In this document: piece after piece, positions 28,901 through 39,347 of the stretch
Position numbering within the stretch: the first letter of the stretch is position 1
Layout of the letters: every line of letters starts with the position of its first letter
Virus record (IMG/VR): IMGVR_UViG_3300030330_005471
Length of the DNA: 64,000 nucleotides
From: a virus
Lineage: Duplodnaviria > Caudoviricetes
Reading direction: 5' to 3' (one strand)
Made by a program: the position numbers and the translations under genes
Notes under the pieces: generated by a model
The model's database searches: none
What the model saw: only the letters and a program-made list of their open reading frames with translations
What the model was told of the DNA's origin: nothing

Positions 28901-31298
28901 GGCATCATACGACTCTCAGTCAGACCTGACGGGTAGTGCATGGAATTCACAAACTATTATGACAGGCTCTAATGTGGATGGTCATCAAGATGGATTGTTA
29001 TTTTTTAATAGAAGATTGTTGGCTCCTAGATCTCATGCTTCTGCTGTTTATCAACTGCCTGCATCTGGGAACTTTTCGTCTCTTGCCAATGTCAGCGCAG
29101 GTAATCCGAATTATTATGGCACAACCGGTTTGAGAACATTTTTTAGAAAGATACAAAATACAACATCAGATCCTGTTTATGATTTAAAAATTACAATGGA
29201 AAAAGAAATTGCTTCTATTCGAGATAACATACCAGACAATAACGATATAGATATGTACGTAAAGATCCCCGGAAAAACTGGTTGGATGAAGTCGTGGAGT
29301 AACTTTGTCTTTGGAAGTGTTTCCGATGGTGATGGGGCATTAGTTAATGGAGCTAGCGACAACAGCGGTATCGCTAGTCAAGCAGCAGTGACTGCCTCAC
29401 ACTGTGTAACGTTTGGAACGGCATCTATAGCTGCTGGGGATTATGCGGTTGTTAAAATCGCAGCCAGTGCTGGTTGGTGGGGATATGTAAAAAATCTACA
29501 GTTTCAATTAGGAGCTTCCGATGTTTCCGCACCCACTGAGTCGTTTGTATTGGATGATATAGATTTAGACGATACAAATGGCGAGACGGCAAAACTATCC
29601 TTTGGTGCTTCAAACGGAGTACATGGATATACTAATGTCGCTGGTGGTAAAGGTTCTATGGGCGCTGTTAATTCAAACGCTGTTTACACAGATAACAATG
29701 ACACCAACCGAGGGGTATTTAAGACAATAGAAATCATGGGCGGGACACTAAATGAAGATATTAGTGAAAGTCAAGCTGGTGCTTTCTTAAATTATTCAGC
29801 AAAATCGTTTAAAAATGCCCACACAGGCTCACTACTACTAATTGTGAACGATGCAACAGCCAGTACACTAGATTTATCAAACCTCACTGCTCATAACAAC
29901 CTATCTTCAAACACAGGCTTTACTGTTAGTGTTGTAGATTATTCTACCACAACAGACGGAATACCAGACTACACCAAATCTTACAGAACGGGAACATATA
30001 GTATCGGAGCAGGTTCACAAAGATCAGGTTGGAACTATGCAAGAGTCTTACACAGAATAGGAGCGACAGACACTCCAACAAACTACGTCCAATGGGTTGT
30101 CGACACATCTGGTGCTGTTGACAATACAGCAGTTACAACCCCAACTCTTTCAGACTTTGGACACACAGATATATATTATCAATCTGGTATTAAATATTAT
30201 GCTTCGAATCCAACAGCTAGTTTTGATTTTGAAGCATCAAACTTTTATTCAAATGTTTATTCAAACGAATCAAATGCCATATCTTTTCCAACAACAACAA
30301 ACTGTCAAGTAACAAACATCAGAGCCGTTGGAGCTGGAATAACAACTTTTGATAGTGCAGTCTCTCAAACAGGAATGCCGGCATTAAACAATGCAGCAGA
30401 CTGCGAGGTAACAACTATACAAGTAACAGGAACTTTACGATATGATGGGGCAACTCCTTCTATCTTTGGAGATTTGAGTACTTTTAATGATTATGACACA
30501 GCAGTTAATGCAACAGTATTGCATCCTCTGAAATCAAATAGAACGACCTCGACAGCTAATAAAAATAATTTGATGGTATATTCTGGCTCTATTGGAAGTA
30601 CAAACTTAAACACAGAAGAGTATTTCAACACAGAAACTTACAGAATTGTTTCCGGAAACTATGCAAACCAAGCAGATATAACGGGATCATCACAAGCATG
30701 GAATTCTCAGACGGCTATGAATAATGGTGGTAGTCATGATGACGGTATGGTTACGGCTGCTGGTTATGCCTTGTCGCCTTTTAAAATCGGGGTGGCGGGG
30801 AATACCGGACATGCCTCTTTGCAAGCACCGGCTGGTAATCCAGACTATTCTTCACTAACAAACAACACCAGAACATTTTACAGATATTTCAGAAATAACT
30901 CCGGAGTTCTTCAGCAAAATGGTTTAACTATAAGTATTTATGGTGATGCAAACCTATTGGCCAAAAGTGGTCCTTCGAGAACAGGCACACTAGGGGCAAA
31001 TAAAAATATATTTGTTGAACTCAAAGTTTCAAATGATCCTGCTTATACCGGTGGGGCAAACTTATCAACTGGATGGATGGATGTTGTAAAATCTTGGGAT
31101 GATACCGAAGATGCAACTGTTGATGGCGCTGGGCTTGCTCACGGATCAGTTACCCAAGCAGTTACGCCGGGATCACCATCAACAGTCAATTTGGAATTTC
31201 AAACAAAAGGGATTTACAACAATCAATATTTTGTAGTAAAGATTAGTGCTCACAAAGATTGGACAGGATATCTTTCTAGAATCAGGATGGTGTATTGA
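25956..31298 (+). CDS. very large virion fibre/structural protein with internal duplication
   Basis: 1780 aa, Ser/Thr/Gly-rich; GSTKFGDTTDDQH fibre-type motif; two ~560-aa repeats. Confidence 0.6.
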   Translation: MGEFGWAYVSGSQIPDGKEGSLQYKKGNEISGSVELSFDYSTNELNLSGNLNVSGAVNANELNLNVTNKTVTNISMTGSTKFGDTTDDQHKFIGTTILTGAADSALVYRVTSSAWQYLGTGISGEVDHHSEVPEPTESEGYFYLTSSNPMHRGILNYTWDTGNGTSGSIADLAEFVKDVNPTLVVSGTAIFKDPISVQGGLFGASPIDIYAPLVFQRDDLTEATPDDMMRIEQGKFVGNVIITSSNDNHGLWMDGAGYIVMNSNQNLTPDERAPEIVLNNRTGDQGSYPMMSQRVMQAVPVAENPMFLKRRGGGYNLGEIRWGTEFPVLTGSNSSSADQYQRYDYDIVRILAATSPRRNANTVTIQTLDMNIDPTYMDDWANDRDEIYESGSIKPIIHSTSPHYDASNRNDKFSLNNLVTFGGFANPGQENEYGMKRGMHIYGNIYPAGWPKGEDSGFPEDLKGKHCTLGHPVTRWGDMFIHDDRYIKWGTQAFSGSDPGFYKGYYLDNPTTASARNQFNSVILGYNSASAFLEVTGATFYLDDGLNVTGSGYINFGTTKGTSGYGFRDNAGTLEFKNSGGSWTEFGTGTGDSTIGEPEDGVYSDGLFEDLTSSMAVGIPIDRYNEVLKILAPSPAPALSRIDYTNPVGSSAKLSFDASNQITDYANSSTNAGFSAVAEDGLYESATSGNNQRLGIYDGTQDILGVLNFNVVASVTNGQVAYSADSFGNAETGSLKLELNGAVVHTVNLASHGSGNSYLNTTGSGFTSLSVTSSTLDGNGAEWYIFKYRTGQYKIDTLDQRAGWNYARIVHTVGATNYATNYVEWMNDPDGSALALSVTNPRIEEVNLIGSKYVSGVQYNTDLTAKYKVDINNMYRNVYPDGNVITFNRTNADAITAQDLDPIGASEDETKKVQVTASVNNNQNKLLNGTITVSINATHPLKANLSSAGTATLTGMLIDNDTSGPNSNTTETFIDEDFRIKSASYDSQSDLTGSAWNSQTIMTGSNVDGHQDGLLFFNRRLLAPRSHASAVYQLPASGNFSSLANVSAGNPNYYGTTGLRTFFRKIQNTTSDPVYDLKITMEKEIASIRDNIPDNNDIDMYVKIPGKTGWMKSWSNFVFGSVSDGDGALVNGASDNSGIASQAAVTASHCVTFGTASIAAGDYAVVKIAASAGWWGYVKNLQFQLGASDVSAPTESFVLDDIDLDDTNGETAKLSFGASNGVHGYTNVAGGKGSMGAVNSNAVYTDNNDTNRGVFKTIEIMGGTLNEDISESQAGAFLNYSAKSFKNAHTGSLLLIVNDATASTLDLSNLTAHNNLSSNTGFTVSVVDYSTTTDGIPDYTKSYRTGTYSIGAGSQRSGWNYARVLHRIGATDTPTNYVQWVVDTSGAVDNTAVTTPTLSDFGHTDIYYQSGIKYYASNPTASFDFEASNFYSNVYSNESNAISFPTTTNCQVTNIRAVGAGITTFDSAVSQTGMPALNNAADCEVTTIQVTGTLRYDGATPSIFGDLSTFNDYDTAVNATVLHPLKSNRTTSTANKNNLMVYSGSIGSTNLNTEEYFNTETYRIVSGNYANQADITGSSQAWNSQTAMNNGGSHDDGMVTAAGYALSPFKIGVAGNTGHASLQAPAGNPDYSSLTNNTRTFYRYFRNNSGVLQQNGLTISIYGDANLLAKSGPSRTGTLGANKNIFVELKVSNDPAYTGGANLSTGWMDVVKSWDDTEDATVDGAGLAHGSVTQAVTPGSPSTVNLEFQTKGIYNNQYFVVKISAHKDWTGYLSRIRMVY

Positions 31299-32362
31299 TG
31301 TCAGCAGAAAAAATAGATAAAACGCTCATAAACATTGCTGCTAAGAAAGCTCTTGGGAAAGCACATACTTCTAATTTGAGACAGACTCAAAACGAAGGGT
31401 ATCCGTCAAACGTTCAGATGACTACTGATACCACATTTGGAGAAGCTGTTCCAAACACAGTAAATACTGATAGTTTTTACTCAATACAAAGCAGCTCAGT
31501 AGAATATATAGAGTTTGATGTTGTTAGTATAGCAGGAACAGATTATGACGAAGACAGCCACTCAGGAACTGGTGGTTCTGAATCTTCAGACAACACTCAT
31601 CATGGTTATGAATTACGCTTACCATCAGACTATGTTGTCAGCTCCTCTAATTCAAATAAAGGCACTGGTTACTTCACAAATAGTCAACCTTTATATAGTA
31701 GTAGAGGAAAGCTGCAATTAGTTCCTCCTTTAATGTCAAGCATAACAAGTGGTAATAAATATAATTTAACTTTATACGACCAGACCAACACAAGGATAAT
31801 GCCCGGAGATAACATTGACTGGACCATTGATTATTACAATGGAATTATTTTTGTTCAAGATTCACAAACTTCGAAGGTACCAACGAAAGCCAGAGCTTTT
31901 CTTTATATTGGAAAAATGGCCAACACTATTATTTCTGAAGCTGGTGGTAGTCTAATCGTTAAAGACGAAGGTTCCAGTATAACAACATCCGCAACGAGTC
32001 TTGATTTTGTCGGAGCTTCAGTTGTTGCAAGTAACAGTGGAAACAATGTTACAGTAACTTTATCAGACAGTGTTTATACTAGAACAACAGTAACAACAAC
32101 TATAACATCTTCTGCTTCAAGTAAGATCCTCGCAGTTTCAGCGTCATCTGCATTAGATATAAGACTACCAGCCGCAACAGGATTTTCTAATGGTCAACAT
32201 TTTATAATCAAAGATGAAGCAGGAAATGCAAATACAAACAATATTACCGTTAGAACGTCTGGAGGTGATACTATTGACGGGCAAAGTTCAATTGTGTTAG
32301 AATCACCCTACGCAGCGGTCAATCTTTATACAAACGGAAGTAATAAATTCTTTATCTATTAA
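31298..32362 (+). CDS. virion fibre-associated protein
   Basis: WTIDYYNGI motif; C-terminal LPAA...IKDE.G.A...NIT...TIDG module shared with 32472 gene. Confidence 0.55.
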   Translation: MSAEKIDKTLINIAAKKALGKAHTSNLRQTQNEGYPSNVQMTTDTTFGEAVPNTVNTDSFYSIQSSSVEYIEFDVVSIAGTDYDEDSHSGTGGSESSDNTHHGYELRLPSDYVVSSSNSNKGTGYFTNSQPLYSSRGKLQLVPPLMSSITSGNKYNLTLYDQTNTRIMPGDNIDWTIDYYNGIIFVQDSQTSKVPTKARAFLYIGKMANTIISEAGGSLIVKDEGSSITTSATSLDFVGASVVASNSGNNVTVTLSDSVYTRTTVTTTITSSASSKILAVSASSALDIRLPAATGFSNGQHFIIKDEAGNANTNNITVRTSGGDTIDGQSSIVLESPYAAVNLYTNGSNKFFIY

Positions 32363-32471
32363 AGTAGATACGCATTCATTTTAACTATTTATATCGAAAT
32401 GGGCGTACGCGTCCATGAATCGTTATATTCGCTATAATGATTCAGCTATTATATCTATGGAGGATTAAAAA

Positions 32472-34376
32472 ATGGCTTATAAATTTCTAATTGGAACAAT
32501 GAAAACCGTTGGTACTATTGATGTATCTGGTGGTGACATTGATCTTCCAAACAACGCAGTAGATGAGGCTGACATTAGCAACTCTGCTGTTTCAAATGAC
32601 AAACTTGCTGGTTCAATTGCTGATTCAAAGTTGTCTCAAATCACCACAGCAGATAAGGTTGCCGGTTCTGCTGTTCAATTGTCCGCTCAAACGGCTATTG
32701 AAAACAATACAGGTCTTCGCTTGAAATCAGCTATTGCTGGTAGCGGTCTTGCCTTGAGTGCTGCTCAGGTTCTTTCTGTTGAAGTTTCTGGTGCTTTAAA
32801 AATTACTGGTGACAAGGTCGGTCTTTCTGGTTCATTTGCAGGAACTGGGCTTGAATATGATGGTGGGGTTGACTCTATTTCAAGTCTTTCCGTTGAACTT
32901 TCTGACACAGGTGGTCTTCAACATAGTGCTGGTGGTATTGAAATTGTTCTGAACGACGAAGGTGGTCTCGAGTTGGTTGAAGACGGTATGGGACTTAAAG
33001 CTGCTGTTGCTGGTGATGGACTTGCTCATAATTTGGGTGTTCTTTCTGTTTCAGTTGATGACTCATCTATCGAAACTAATTCTGACACTTTGCGTATTAA
33101 AGCAGCTGGTGTTACCAATGCTATGCTTGCAGGTTCTATTGGAAACGCTAAATTAGCTAACTCTTCTGTGACAGTTACCGCAGGTGACGGTCTCTCTGGT
33201 GGTGGTTCTGTATCGCTTGGAGGCACAGTTTCTGTTGCTGTTCAGGTCGACGATTCATCAATCGAAACTAGTGCTGATACTTTACGTGTTAAAGCAGGTG
33301 GTGTTACTAACGATATGTTGGCTGGTTCTATTGATCAAGCTAAACTAGCTGGTTCAATTCCTGATACAAAGCTAAACGCTATTTCAACTGCTAATAAGGT
33401 TGAAGCATCTGCTCTCGAACTTGCAACCAACACTGCTATGGAAGATGACGGTGGTCTTTGTCTTAAAGCCGGAATTGCTGGTGATGGTCTTGCAATCGCA
33501 GAATCTGGTGGAAATCAGGTTTTATCTGTTAGTGTTGATGATTCATCAATCGAAACTAATTCTGATGCTCTTAGAATCAAAGCCGCTGGTGTTACAAATG
33601 CCATGCTTGCTGGTTCAATTGAAAATGCTAAATTAGCAAACAGTGCAATGACCATCGCTGGAACTTCTGTTTCACTTGGTGGAAGTATTGCTGCTAGTGT
33701 TGTTGCAGCTGCTATTGACGGTGAAAACATGGCTATCACAGGTTTGACTGATCTTGATGTTGCTTCTGCTGGTAACATCACTATTCTTGACACAGTTGGA
33801 GCTAACACTCTTACTGTAGGTGCGGCAGGAACTACTGTTAATATTGCTGGTAACTTAACCGTTGCTGGATCTACAACAACTATTAACACTGAAACAGTTA
33901 CAATTGCCGATCATAACCTTGTTTTAGACAGTAATAATGCAACATCAGACGTTGTTAATCAGGCCGGTATTACGATTGAAGGTGGTTCTGGTGATGACAT
34001 AACCTTCCAGTACAATTCAACATCAGGTAACATGGAACTTAAGAAGGGTTCTGATGTAATGACACTTATAGCAAACATTTCTGGAGCTAGTACTGAGACT
34101 GTTCAAACAATCTCAGCTGATGCTACCTTGAACTTAGGAAATGGAACAATTGTTTTGTGTAATGCTTCTTCTGGCAATGTTACAATCACTCTACCTGCGG
34201 CTTCTGGTAACTCAGGAAAGATTGTTAAGTTTAAAAGAACTGACAGTTCAGGTAATTCAGTTATTTTAGATGGTAACGCTAGTGAAACAATTGATGGAGA
34301 AGCTACGGTGACTATGTCTTCTGCTTTTGCTGCTCTTAGTTTGGTTTGTAATGGTACTGCTTGGTTCATTATGTAA
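32472..34376 (+). CDS. fibre protein with VDDSSIET repeats
   Basis: Three copies of VDDSSIET..D.LR.KA.GVTN.MLAGSI; GGAGG RBS; terminator follows. Confidence 0.65.
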   Translation: MAYKFLIGTMKTVGTIDVSGGDIDLPNNAVDEADISNSAVSNDKLAGSIADSKLSQITTADKVAGSAVQLSAQTAIENNTGLRLKSAIAGSGLALSAAQVLSVEVSGALKITGDKVGLSGSFAGTGLEYDGGVDSISSLSVELSDTGGLQHSAGGIEIVLNDEGGLELVEDGMGLKAAVAGDGLAHNLGVLSVSVDDSSIETNSDTLRIKAAGVTNAMLAGSIGNAKLANSSVTVTAGDGLSGGGSVSLGGTVSVAVQVDDSSIETSADTLRVKAGGVTNDMLAGSIDQAKLAGSIPDTKLNAISTANKVEASALELATNTAMEDDGGLCLKAGIAGDGLAIAESGGNQVLSVSVDDSSIETNSDALRIKAAGVTNAMLAGSIENAKLANSAMTIAGTSVSLGGSIAASVVAAAIDGENMAITGLTDLDVASAGNITILDTVGANTLTVGAAGTTVNIAGNLTVAGSTTTINTETVTIADHNLVLDSNNATSDVVNQAGITIEGGSGDDITFQYNSTSGNMELKKGSDVMTLIANISGASTETVQTISADATLNLGNGTIVLCNASSGNVTITLPAASGNSGKIVKFKRTDSSGNSVILDGNASETIDGEATVTMSSAFAALSLVCNGTAWFIM

Positions 34377-34411
34377 TATTTTAGAGAAATAAGATTATTA
34401 TCTTTGCTCAT

Positions 34412-34440
34412 AAAAGGTCGGGTCTTTACCCGACCTTTTT
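34412..34440 (+). terminator. intrinsic terminator
   Basis: aaaaggtcgggt-cttt-acccgacctttt hairpin plus T run. Confidence 0.85.
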
Positions 34441-34467
34441 CTATTTACTGTTAAAAGGAGATATAAT

Positions 34468-35805
34468 ATGGCCTATAAATTTTCAAAAGGTTCGCAAGTT
34501 ATCGGAGATCTAAAAGCAGAAGATGATGCTCAAGGAGATACTGAGATAGATTTTAGCGAAGATAAAATAGATCTAAAGACTGGTGGTTCGACAAGGTTGT
34601 CAATCGAGAATAATGAAATAACCACAACGGTACCGATTCATATCAGCGGATCTGTAACTGAAGGGTTGAGAATAGGAAAAGCGGGAAGTCATTATAGAGA
34701 AATACAATTTGAGACCGACGGTGTAGATACAGCGTTTATACAAGTTGATTCATCCGAAGGTTTGGTAATTGGCTGCCAGTCTGTCAATGATGAAATAATT
34801 TTTCAAACAACTGATGGTGTCGGTATTGCCGAAAGGATGAGAATAGCGGCAAATGGCAAGGTTGGTATCGGAAACACAGATCCACAAATTGATTTACATA
34901 TTGAAGGAGTTCACCCTAGAGTAAGGGTTGAATCAAGTAATGGATCTTATCCCGGCTTCGAACTGTCGGATCAAGGCACTAGAAAATGGGCTTTACTTAA
35001 TGACCCATCTGACGATAAATTTTTAATCAAGACAGATGCAAATACTAGATTTGTTATAGAGCAAGATGGCAAGGTTGGCATTGGTTCTGATAGTCCATCT
35101 CACAAACTTGACATTAACGGAGATATCCGAGTTAGAGGAAATGATATACGAGACAACTCAGGAAACCCTGCGATTACTTTTGACGGCTCAGCAAACACAA
35201 CAATCAATGGAACTCTATCAGTTAACAATTACACATTGCCTGCCTCTGATGGAAATAATGGACAGGTTCTTCAAACAAACGGAAGTGGACAGCTTAGTTT
35301 TGTTGATGTTGATGATGGAGAAGGCGGTGGCGGCGGTGAAACACCAGAAGTTTTAAAAGTCGGATTGAATTCAGATCTTACATTACAGACAGGAACATAT
35401 CACACACTTGCTCTAGATGTTGTTCAGTTTGACACGTTTACCGGAGGAGCAGGATGGAACACAGGGTCTTACAATTTTGTTGCTACGGAAGCAGGATATT
35501 ATGATATCCAAGCAGCCTTAGTTTTTGACGCAATTCAAAGCGATATAACTCAATATCAAATATATTTGGTCAGCACCAGCTCAGCTAGCACTACAAATTC
35601 TTCTGGTATCCCATTTATAGCTCTAAACCAATACAACAATAACCCAGCACAAGTAGATATGAGAACATTTCATCTTAGCACAATAGCTCATTTTAGCACA
35701 AACCAAAGTGCTAGTATACAGATTCGTCAAGTTGGCGGAACGAGTAATAGTACAAAAGTAAAAGCTGGTTCAAACATAAGTTATGTTACTATAAAAAAGC
35801 TGTAG
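34468..35805 (+). CDS. tail fibre/receptor-binding protein with C1q/TNF-like C-terminal domain
   Basis: GKVGIG..P...L repeats, GQVLQTNGSGQLSF linker, FVATEAGYY C1q-like motif. Confidence 0.65.
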   Translation: MAYKFSKGSQVIGDLKAEDDAQGDTEIDFSEDKIDLKTGGSTRLSIENNEITTTVPIHISGSVTEGLRIGKAGSHYREIQFETDGVDTAFIQVDSSEGLVIGCQSVNDEIIFQTTDGVGIAERMRIAANGKVGIGNTDPQIDLHIEGVHPRVRVESSNGSYPGFELSDQGTRKWALLNDPSDDKFLIKTDANTRFVIEQDGKVGIGSDSPSHKLDINGDIRVRGNDIRDNSGNPAITFDGSANTTINGTLSVNNYTLPASDGNNGQVLQTNGSGQLSFVDVDDGEGGGGGETPEVLKVGLNSDLTLQTGTYHTLALDVVQFDTFTGGAGWNTGSYNFVATEAGYYDIQAALVFDAIQSDITQYQIYLVSTSSASTTNSSGIPFIALNQYNNNPAQVDMRTFHLSTIAHFSTNQSASIQIRQVGGTSNSTKVKAGSNISYVTIKKL

Positions 35806-35886
35806 CCTCGACTTTTATAATGGTTTGTCCTTTTCTCCTTGTGATCACTATTTATTGTTGATAAACGTTTATTAGGAGATGTATTA

Positions 35887-36915
35887 ATGTCATCATTATT
35901 AGAACAAGCAATTGTGGATGCACAGGCACTACGCGAAGCAGCGTTAAAGAATGCTGAGCAATCTGTAATTGAGAAGTATGCACCTGAAATTAAGGCTGCT
36001 GTTGAGTCTCTCTTGGAAGGAGACAATAAACAAGAAGTAATTAAAGAAGAGTATGATATTCCATATGCCGCCGATCCTGTTGATGAAGCACAGAATGTTG
36101 AAATGGTTGTTGAGTATGAGTTCAATCCAGAAGACTTTAGTCTTGATTTGAATTCTCTTCAAGACGGACCAGAACAAGGTACTGAAGCTCCCGAAATGGA
36201 TATGGGCATGGAAACCCCTGCTGCGACTGAAGAGGCTGCTCCTGCTGGAACTGAGGGCGGTTTAGAGGATCTCTTGGCGGAGTCTGACCTTGATGAGGAG
36301 AATGACCTTGTCAGCGAGATTCTAGCAATTCTCGAAGAATCTGATGAAGACGAAGAAGAGGTTGTTGAAGAGGGTTTGACCGTTGATGTCGGAGCTGAGA
36401 AGCATGGTTGGATAACAACTGATGACGCAACCAGAAAGTACGACCAAGAATTGGAATTGGCAAAACGCCAGTCTGATGAATATAAAGAAAAAGCAGATAA
36501 GTTGACCGGAGAGCTAGAAGGCTTGAAGAACTCATTAGCAACTTATCAAACAAATCAAGACAAACTTCATGGAGCCATTGCTGACATGAAGGACAAGCTT
36601 GAAGAAGCATTGATTAGCAATGCCCGTTTACTATATACAAATAAAGTTTTAAGCGATGCCTCCTTGAATGAGCGACAAAAGTCAAAACTTGTCGAAGTCA
36701 TCGCTAAGGCAGAAACAATAAAGGAAGCAAAGTCTATGTACGAGACCCTTAAAGAAGCTACAGTGGGAGCAAACAAAAAGTCTCCACAATCACTTAGTGA
36801 GTCCGTAAATCGTAGATCAAATCTTTCTCATGTTATGCCACGCCGCAAGCAAGAAACTTTAAATGAAAACCATTCTTTCACAGATAGAATGAAAAAGCTT
36901 GCAGGCATAGACTAA
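35887..36915 (+). CDS. prohead core scaffold protein (gp22-like)
   Basis: Acidic coiled coil directly before MCP; NARLLY and RMKKLAGI end motifs. Confidence 0.75.
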   Translation: MSSLLEQAIVDAQALREAALKNAEQSVIEKYAPEIKAAVESLLEGDNKQEVIKEEYDIPYAADPVDEAQNVEMVVEYEFNPEDFSLDLNSLQDGPEQGTEAPEMDMGMETPAATEEAAPAGTEGGLEDLLAESDLDEENDLVSEILAILEESDEDEEEVVEEGLTVDVGAEKHGWITTDDATRKYDQELELAKRQSDEYKEKADKLTGELEGLKNSLATYQTNQDKLHGAIADMKDKLEEALISNARLLYTNKVLSDASLNERQKSKLVEVIAKAETIKEAKSMYETLKEATVGANKKSPQSLSESVNRRSNLSHVMPRRKQETLNENHSFTDRMKKLAGID

Positions 36916-36938
36916 AATACAATTAAGGAGGTATAAAA

Positions 36939-38765
36939 ATGTCTATAATTGAAAAATTGACAGAAGGCATCGTTAACCGTGATATGAAAGCGGAAGGTAG
37001 TGCACTTCTTAACAAGTGGTCCCAAACTGGACTTCTTGAGGGTCTTGAGACCCAACACGAGCAATCAACCATGGCTCGTCTTTTGGAAAACCAAGCAAAA
37101 GAACTTCTTCGTGAGGCTTCATCTATGGGAGCTGATAATGTTGACGGTTTTGCTGCTGTTGCTTTTCCTATCGTTCGTCGAGTATTCGCTGGACTTATTG
37201 CAAATGAACTTGTAAGCGTTCAACCAATGTCTTTGCCATCTGGTTTGATCTTCTTCCTTGACTTCACTTATGGTAGTGAACTTAACGGAGATCTTACATC
37301 TGCTAGTCGCTTTGGTAACACCATGGGTGGAACTAAGTCGATTTACGGTACAGATGATGTTGCATCACAAATCGCTGATGGTGTGAGCCTAGTTGGTGCT
37401 TCTTCAAAAGCAGGATTTGGTGGACCCGGACGTGATGGTTCTTTTGCCGGAGCTTACGCTTCTCCAACTGGAAGTAACAACACTGATATTGCTGCTGGTA
37501 TTACCGCTAAAGAAAGAACGTTTCTTTTAAATGGCAGTGTTTCTGAAGATGACGCTAAAAAAATCAAATATGATCCAGATCTTCTATCATTAACTGATGG
37601 AACAGGAGTTGTTGTATTGGACGTTCTTAAAGCTGAACATGATTCAACAGAGGGCGATCCAGATTATGATAATTTGGCAGCATTTATTCTAAACATCACT
37701 GGTGCTTCTGGGGATGACGTCTTTGCTGGTTTAAGTGGTACTTCTGCTTGTAACCAAATTCGTCGATTAACAGACACAATTCCTAGTGCTGATGCAATGG
37801 TTAATGGTGATGCGATTCGCTATGTTTATAGTGTCACTGCTGGTACCGTTGCGGCTTCTGCTGCTGGAACCAATATCACTAGTCTTATTCACAAAAGTCT
37901 GTCAGAATATCCTTTAAGGGAGAGTTTTACTGCATCTGGTACTCCCGTTGGAGCTATTGACGGATATGCATATCCTTTGGAAAACAATCCAAACATTCCA
38001 GAGATCGATATCAAGGTAGATAGTATCGCTATCACAGCACAAACCAAAAAGTTGAAAGCCAAGTGGACTCCTGAATTGGGACAAGACTTGAATGCTTATC
38101 ACAATTTGGATGCTGAGGTAGAGTTGACTTCTATCCTTTCTGAGCAAATTGCTCTTGAGATTGATCGTGAGATTCTTGCTGACCTTGTAAATGGTGCAAC
38201 TGCTGCAACATACTACTGGTCTCGTTCTCCCGGATTGTTTGTTAACAGAGAAACTGGTGCTGAACTTGGCGCAACTTCGGCTGCTCCTGACTTTACCGGA
38301 ACTGTTTCTGAGTGGTATGAGACTCTTATTGAAACCATCAATGATGTTTCCGCTCAAATCCATAGAAAGACACTTCGTGGCGGAGCTAACTATGTTGTAG
38401 TTTCTCCTGAAGTTGCTAATATCCTTGAGTTCACAAGCGGATTCCGTGCAAACGTAACTGCTGATGCTGACAAAGGTGATATCGGTGCTGTTAAGGCAGG
38501 AAGTCTTTCTCGTAAGTTTGATGTGATCGTTGATCCTTATTTCCCAAGAAATGCTATTCTTGTTGGACGTAAAGGAGCTTCTTTCCTTGAGTCTGGTTAT
38601 GTATATGCACCTTATGTGCCTCTACAAACTACACCTACAATCTTCGGACCAGAAGACTTTGTTCCTCGTAAAGGCGTAATGACTCGTTACGCTAAGAAGA
38701 TGGTACGTTCTGATATGTACGGTCTTGTTATCGTTCGAGGTCTTCTAGGTGAAGCTGGTGCATAA
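36939..38765 (+). CDS. major capsid protein (gp23-like)
   Basis: VSVQPM..PSGLIF, LKAKWTPELGQDL.AYH.LDAE.EL..ILS..I.LEIDRE, YAPYVPL, MTRY motifs. Confidence 0.96.
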   Translation: MSIIEKLTEGIVNRDMKAEGSALLNKWSQTGLLEGLETQHEQSTMARLLENQAKELLREASSMGADNVDGFAAVAFPIVRRVFAGLIANELVSVQPMSLPSGLIFFLDFTYGSELNGDLTSASRFGNTMGGTKSIYGTDDVASQIADGVSLVGASSKAGFGGPGRDGSFAGAYASPTGSNNTDIAAGITAKERTFLLNGSVSEDDAKKIKYDPDLLSLTDGTGVVVLDVLKAEHDSTEGDPDYDNLAAFILNITGASGDDVFAGLSGTSACNQIRRLTDTIPSADAMVNGDAIRYVYSVTAGTVAASAAGTNITSLIHKSLSEYPLRESFTASGTPVGAIDGYAYPLENNPNIPEIDIKVDSIAITAQTKKLKAKWTPELGQDLNAYHNLDAEVELTSILSEQIALEIDREILADLVNGATAATYYWSRSPGLFVNRETGAELGATSAAPDFTGTVSEWYETLIETINDVSAQIHRKTLRGGANYVVVSPEVANILEFTSGFRANVTADADKGDIGAVKAGSLSRKFDVIVDPYFPRNAILVGRKGASFLESGYVYAPYVPLQTTPTIFGPEDFVPRKGVMTRYAKKMVRSDMYGLVIVRGLLGEAGA

Positions 38766-38798
38766 TCACTAGCGATTTAAACCAAAGAACAAAAAAAT

Positions 38799-38827
38799 GC
38801 CCTCAACCTTTTGGTTGGGGGTTTTTT
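38799..38827 (+). terminator. intrinsic terminator after MCP
   Basis: gccctcaacc-tttt-ggttgggggt hairpin plus T run. Confidence 0.8.
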
Positions 38828-38897
38828 CCTTTTGGAGAAACTACTTACTATGAAACGAACCTTTATGGTTCTCAACTTTTATTAAGGAGATTATATT

Positions 38898-39347
38898 ATG
38901 GCTAAAGTTGGAAGAGCGGCTCGTGTCGCAAGTCGTCAGAGAGTTGAAATTCTTGGTGACGCTGATAAAACAATTCAATCTGCTGAGACAGGTGAGCTTT
39001 ACATTTTGACTAGTGACCTTACTGGTTTGCGTACTGTAACCTTACCAGCCCCACAAGATGGTGCTTATTTTAAGTTTATGGTTATGGCGCTCTTAGACGG
39101 TGCGTCACTAAAAATCAAAACTCATGATGCCGGTACTCACTTCATAGGTGGACTGCTACATCAAGATAGTGATAACACTACTGCTAATTTTGTTGAAGAG
39201 GATGGTAGTGGTAATGCTGATGAGATTTTAATTAAGCACGATAACGATGGTACGAAATTCGGTAGTTGGGTTGAGTGTGTATCTGACGGAACTAGTTGGT
39301 ATGTAACTGGTGTTATACATGCTGATGAGGCTCCAACAATTAGTTAA
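38898..39347 (+). CDS. putative capsid decoration/structural protein
   Basis: Follows MCP with own CTACTTA motif and AGGAG; TLPAP...DGTSWY beta-rich module. Confidence 0.45.
   Translation: MAKVGRAARVASRQRVEILGDADKTIQSAETGELYILTSDLTGLRTVTLPAPQDGAYFKFMVMALLDGASLKIKTHDAGTHFIGGLLHQDSDNTTANFVEEDGSGNADEILIKHDNDGTKFGSWVECVSDGTSWYVTGVIHADEAPTIS

Noticed and set aside
33040-33645. Near-identical nucleotide repeats as DGR template/variable regions
   Set aside because: In-frame peptide repeats within one fibre gene; no reverse transcriptase in the window
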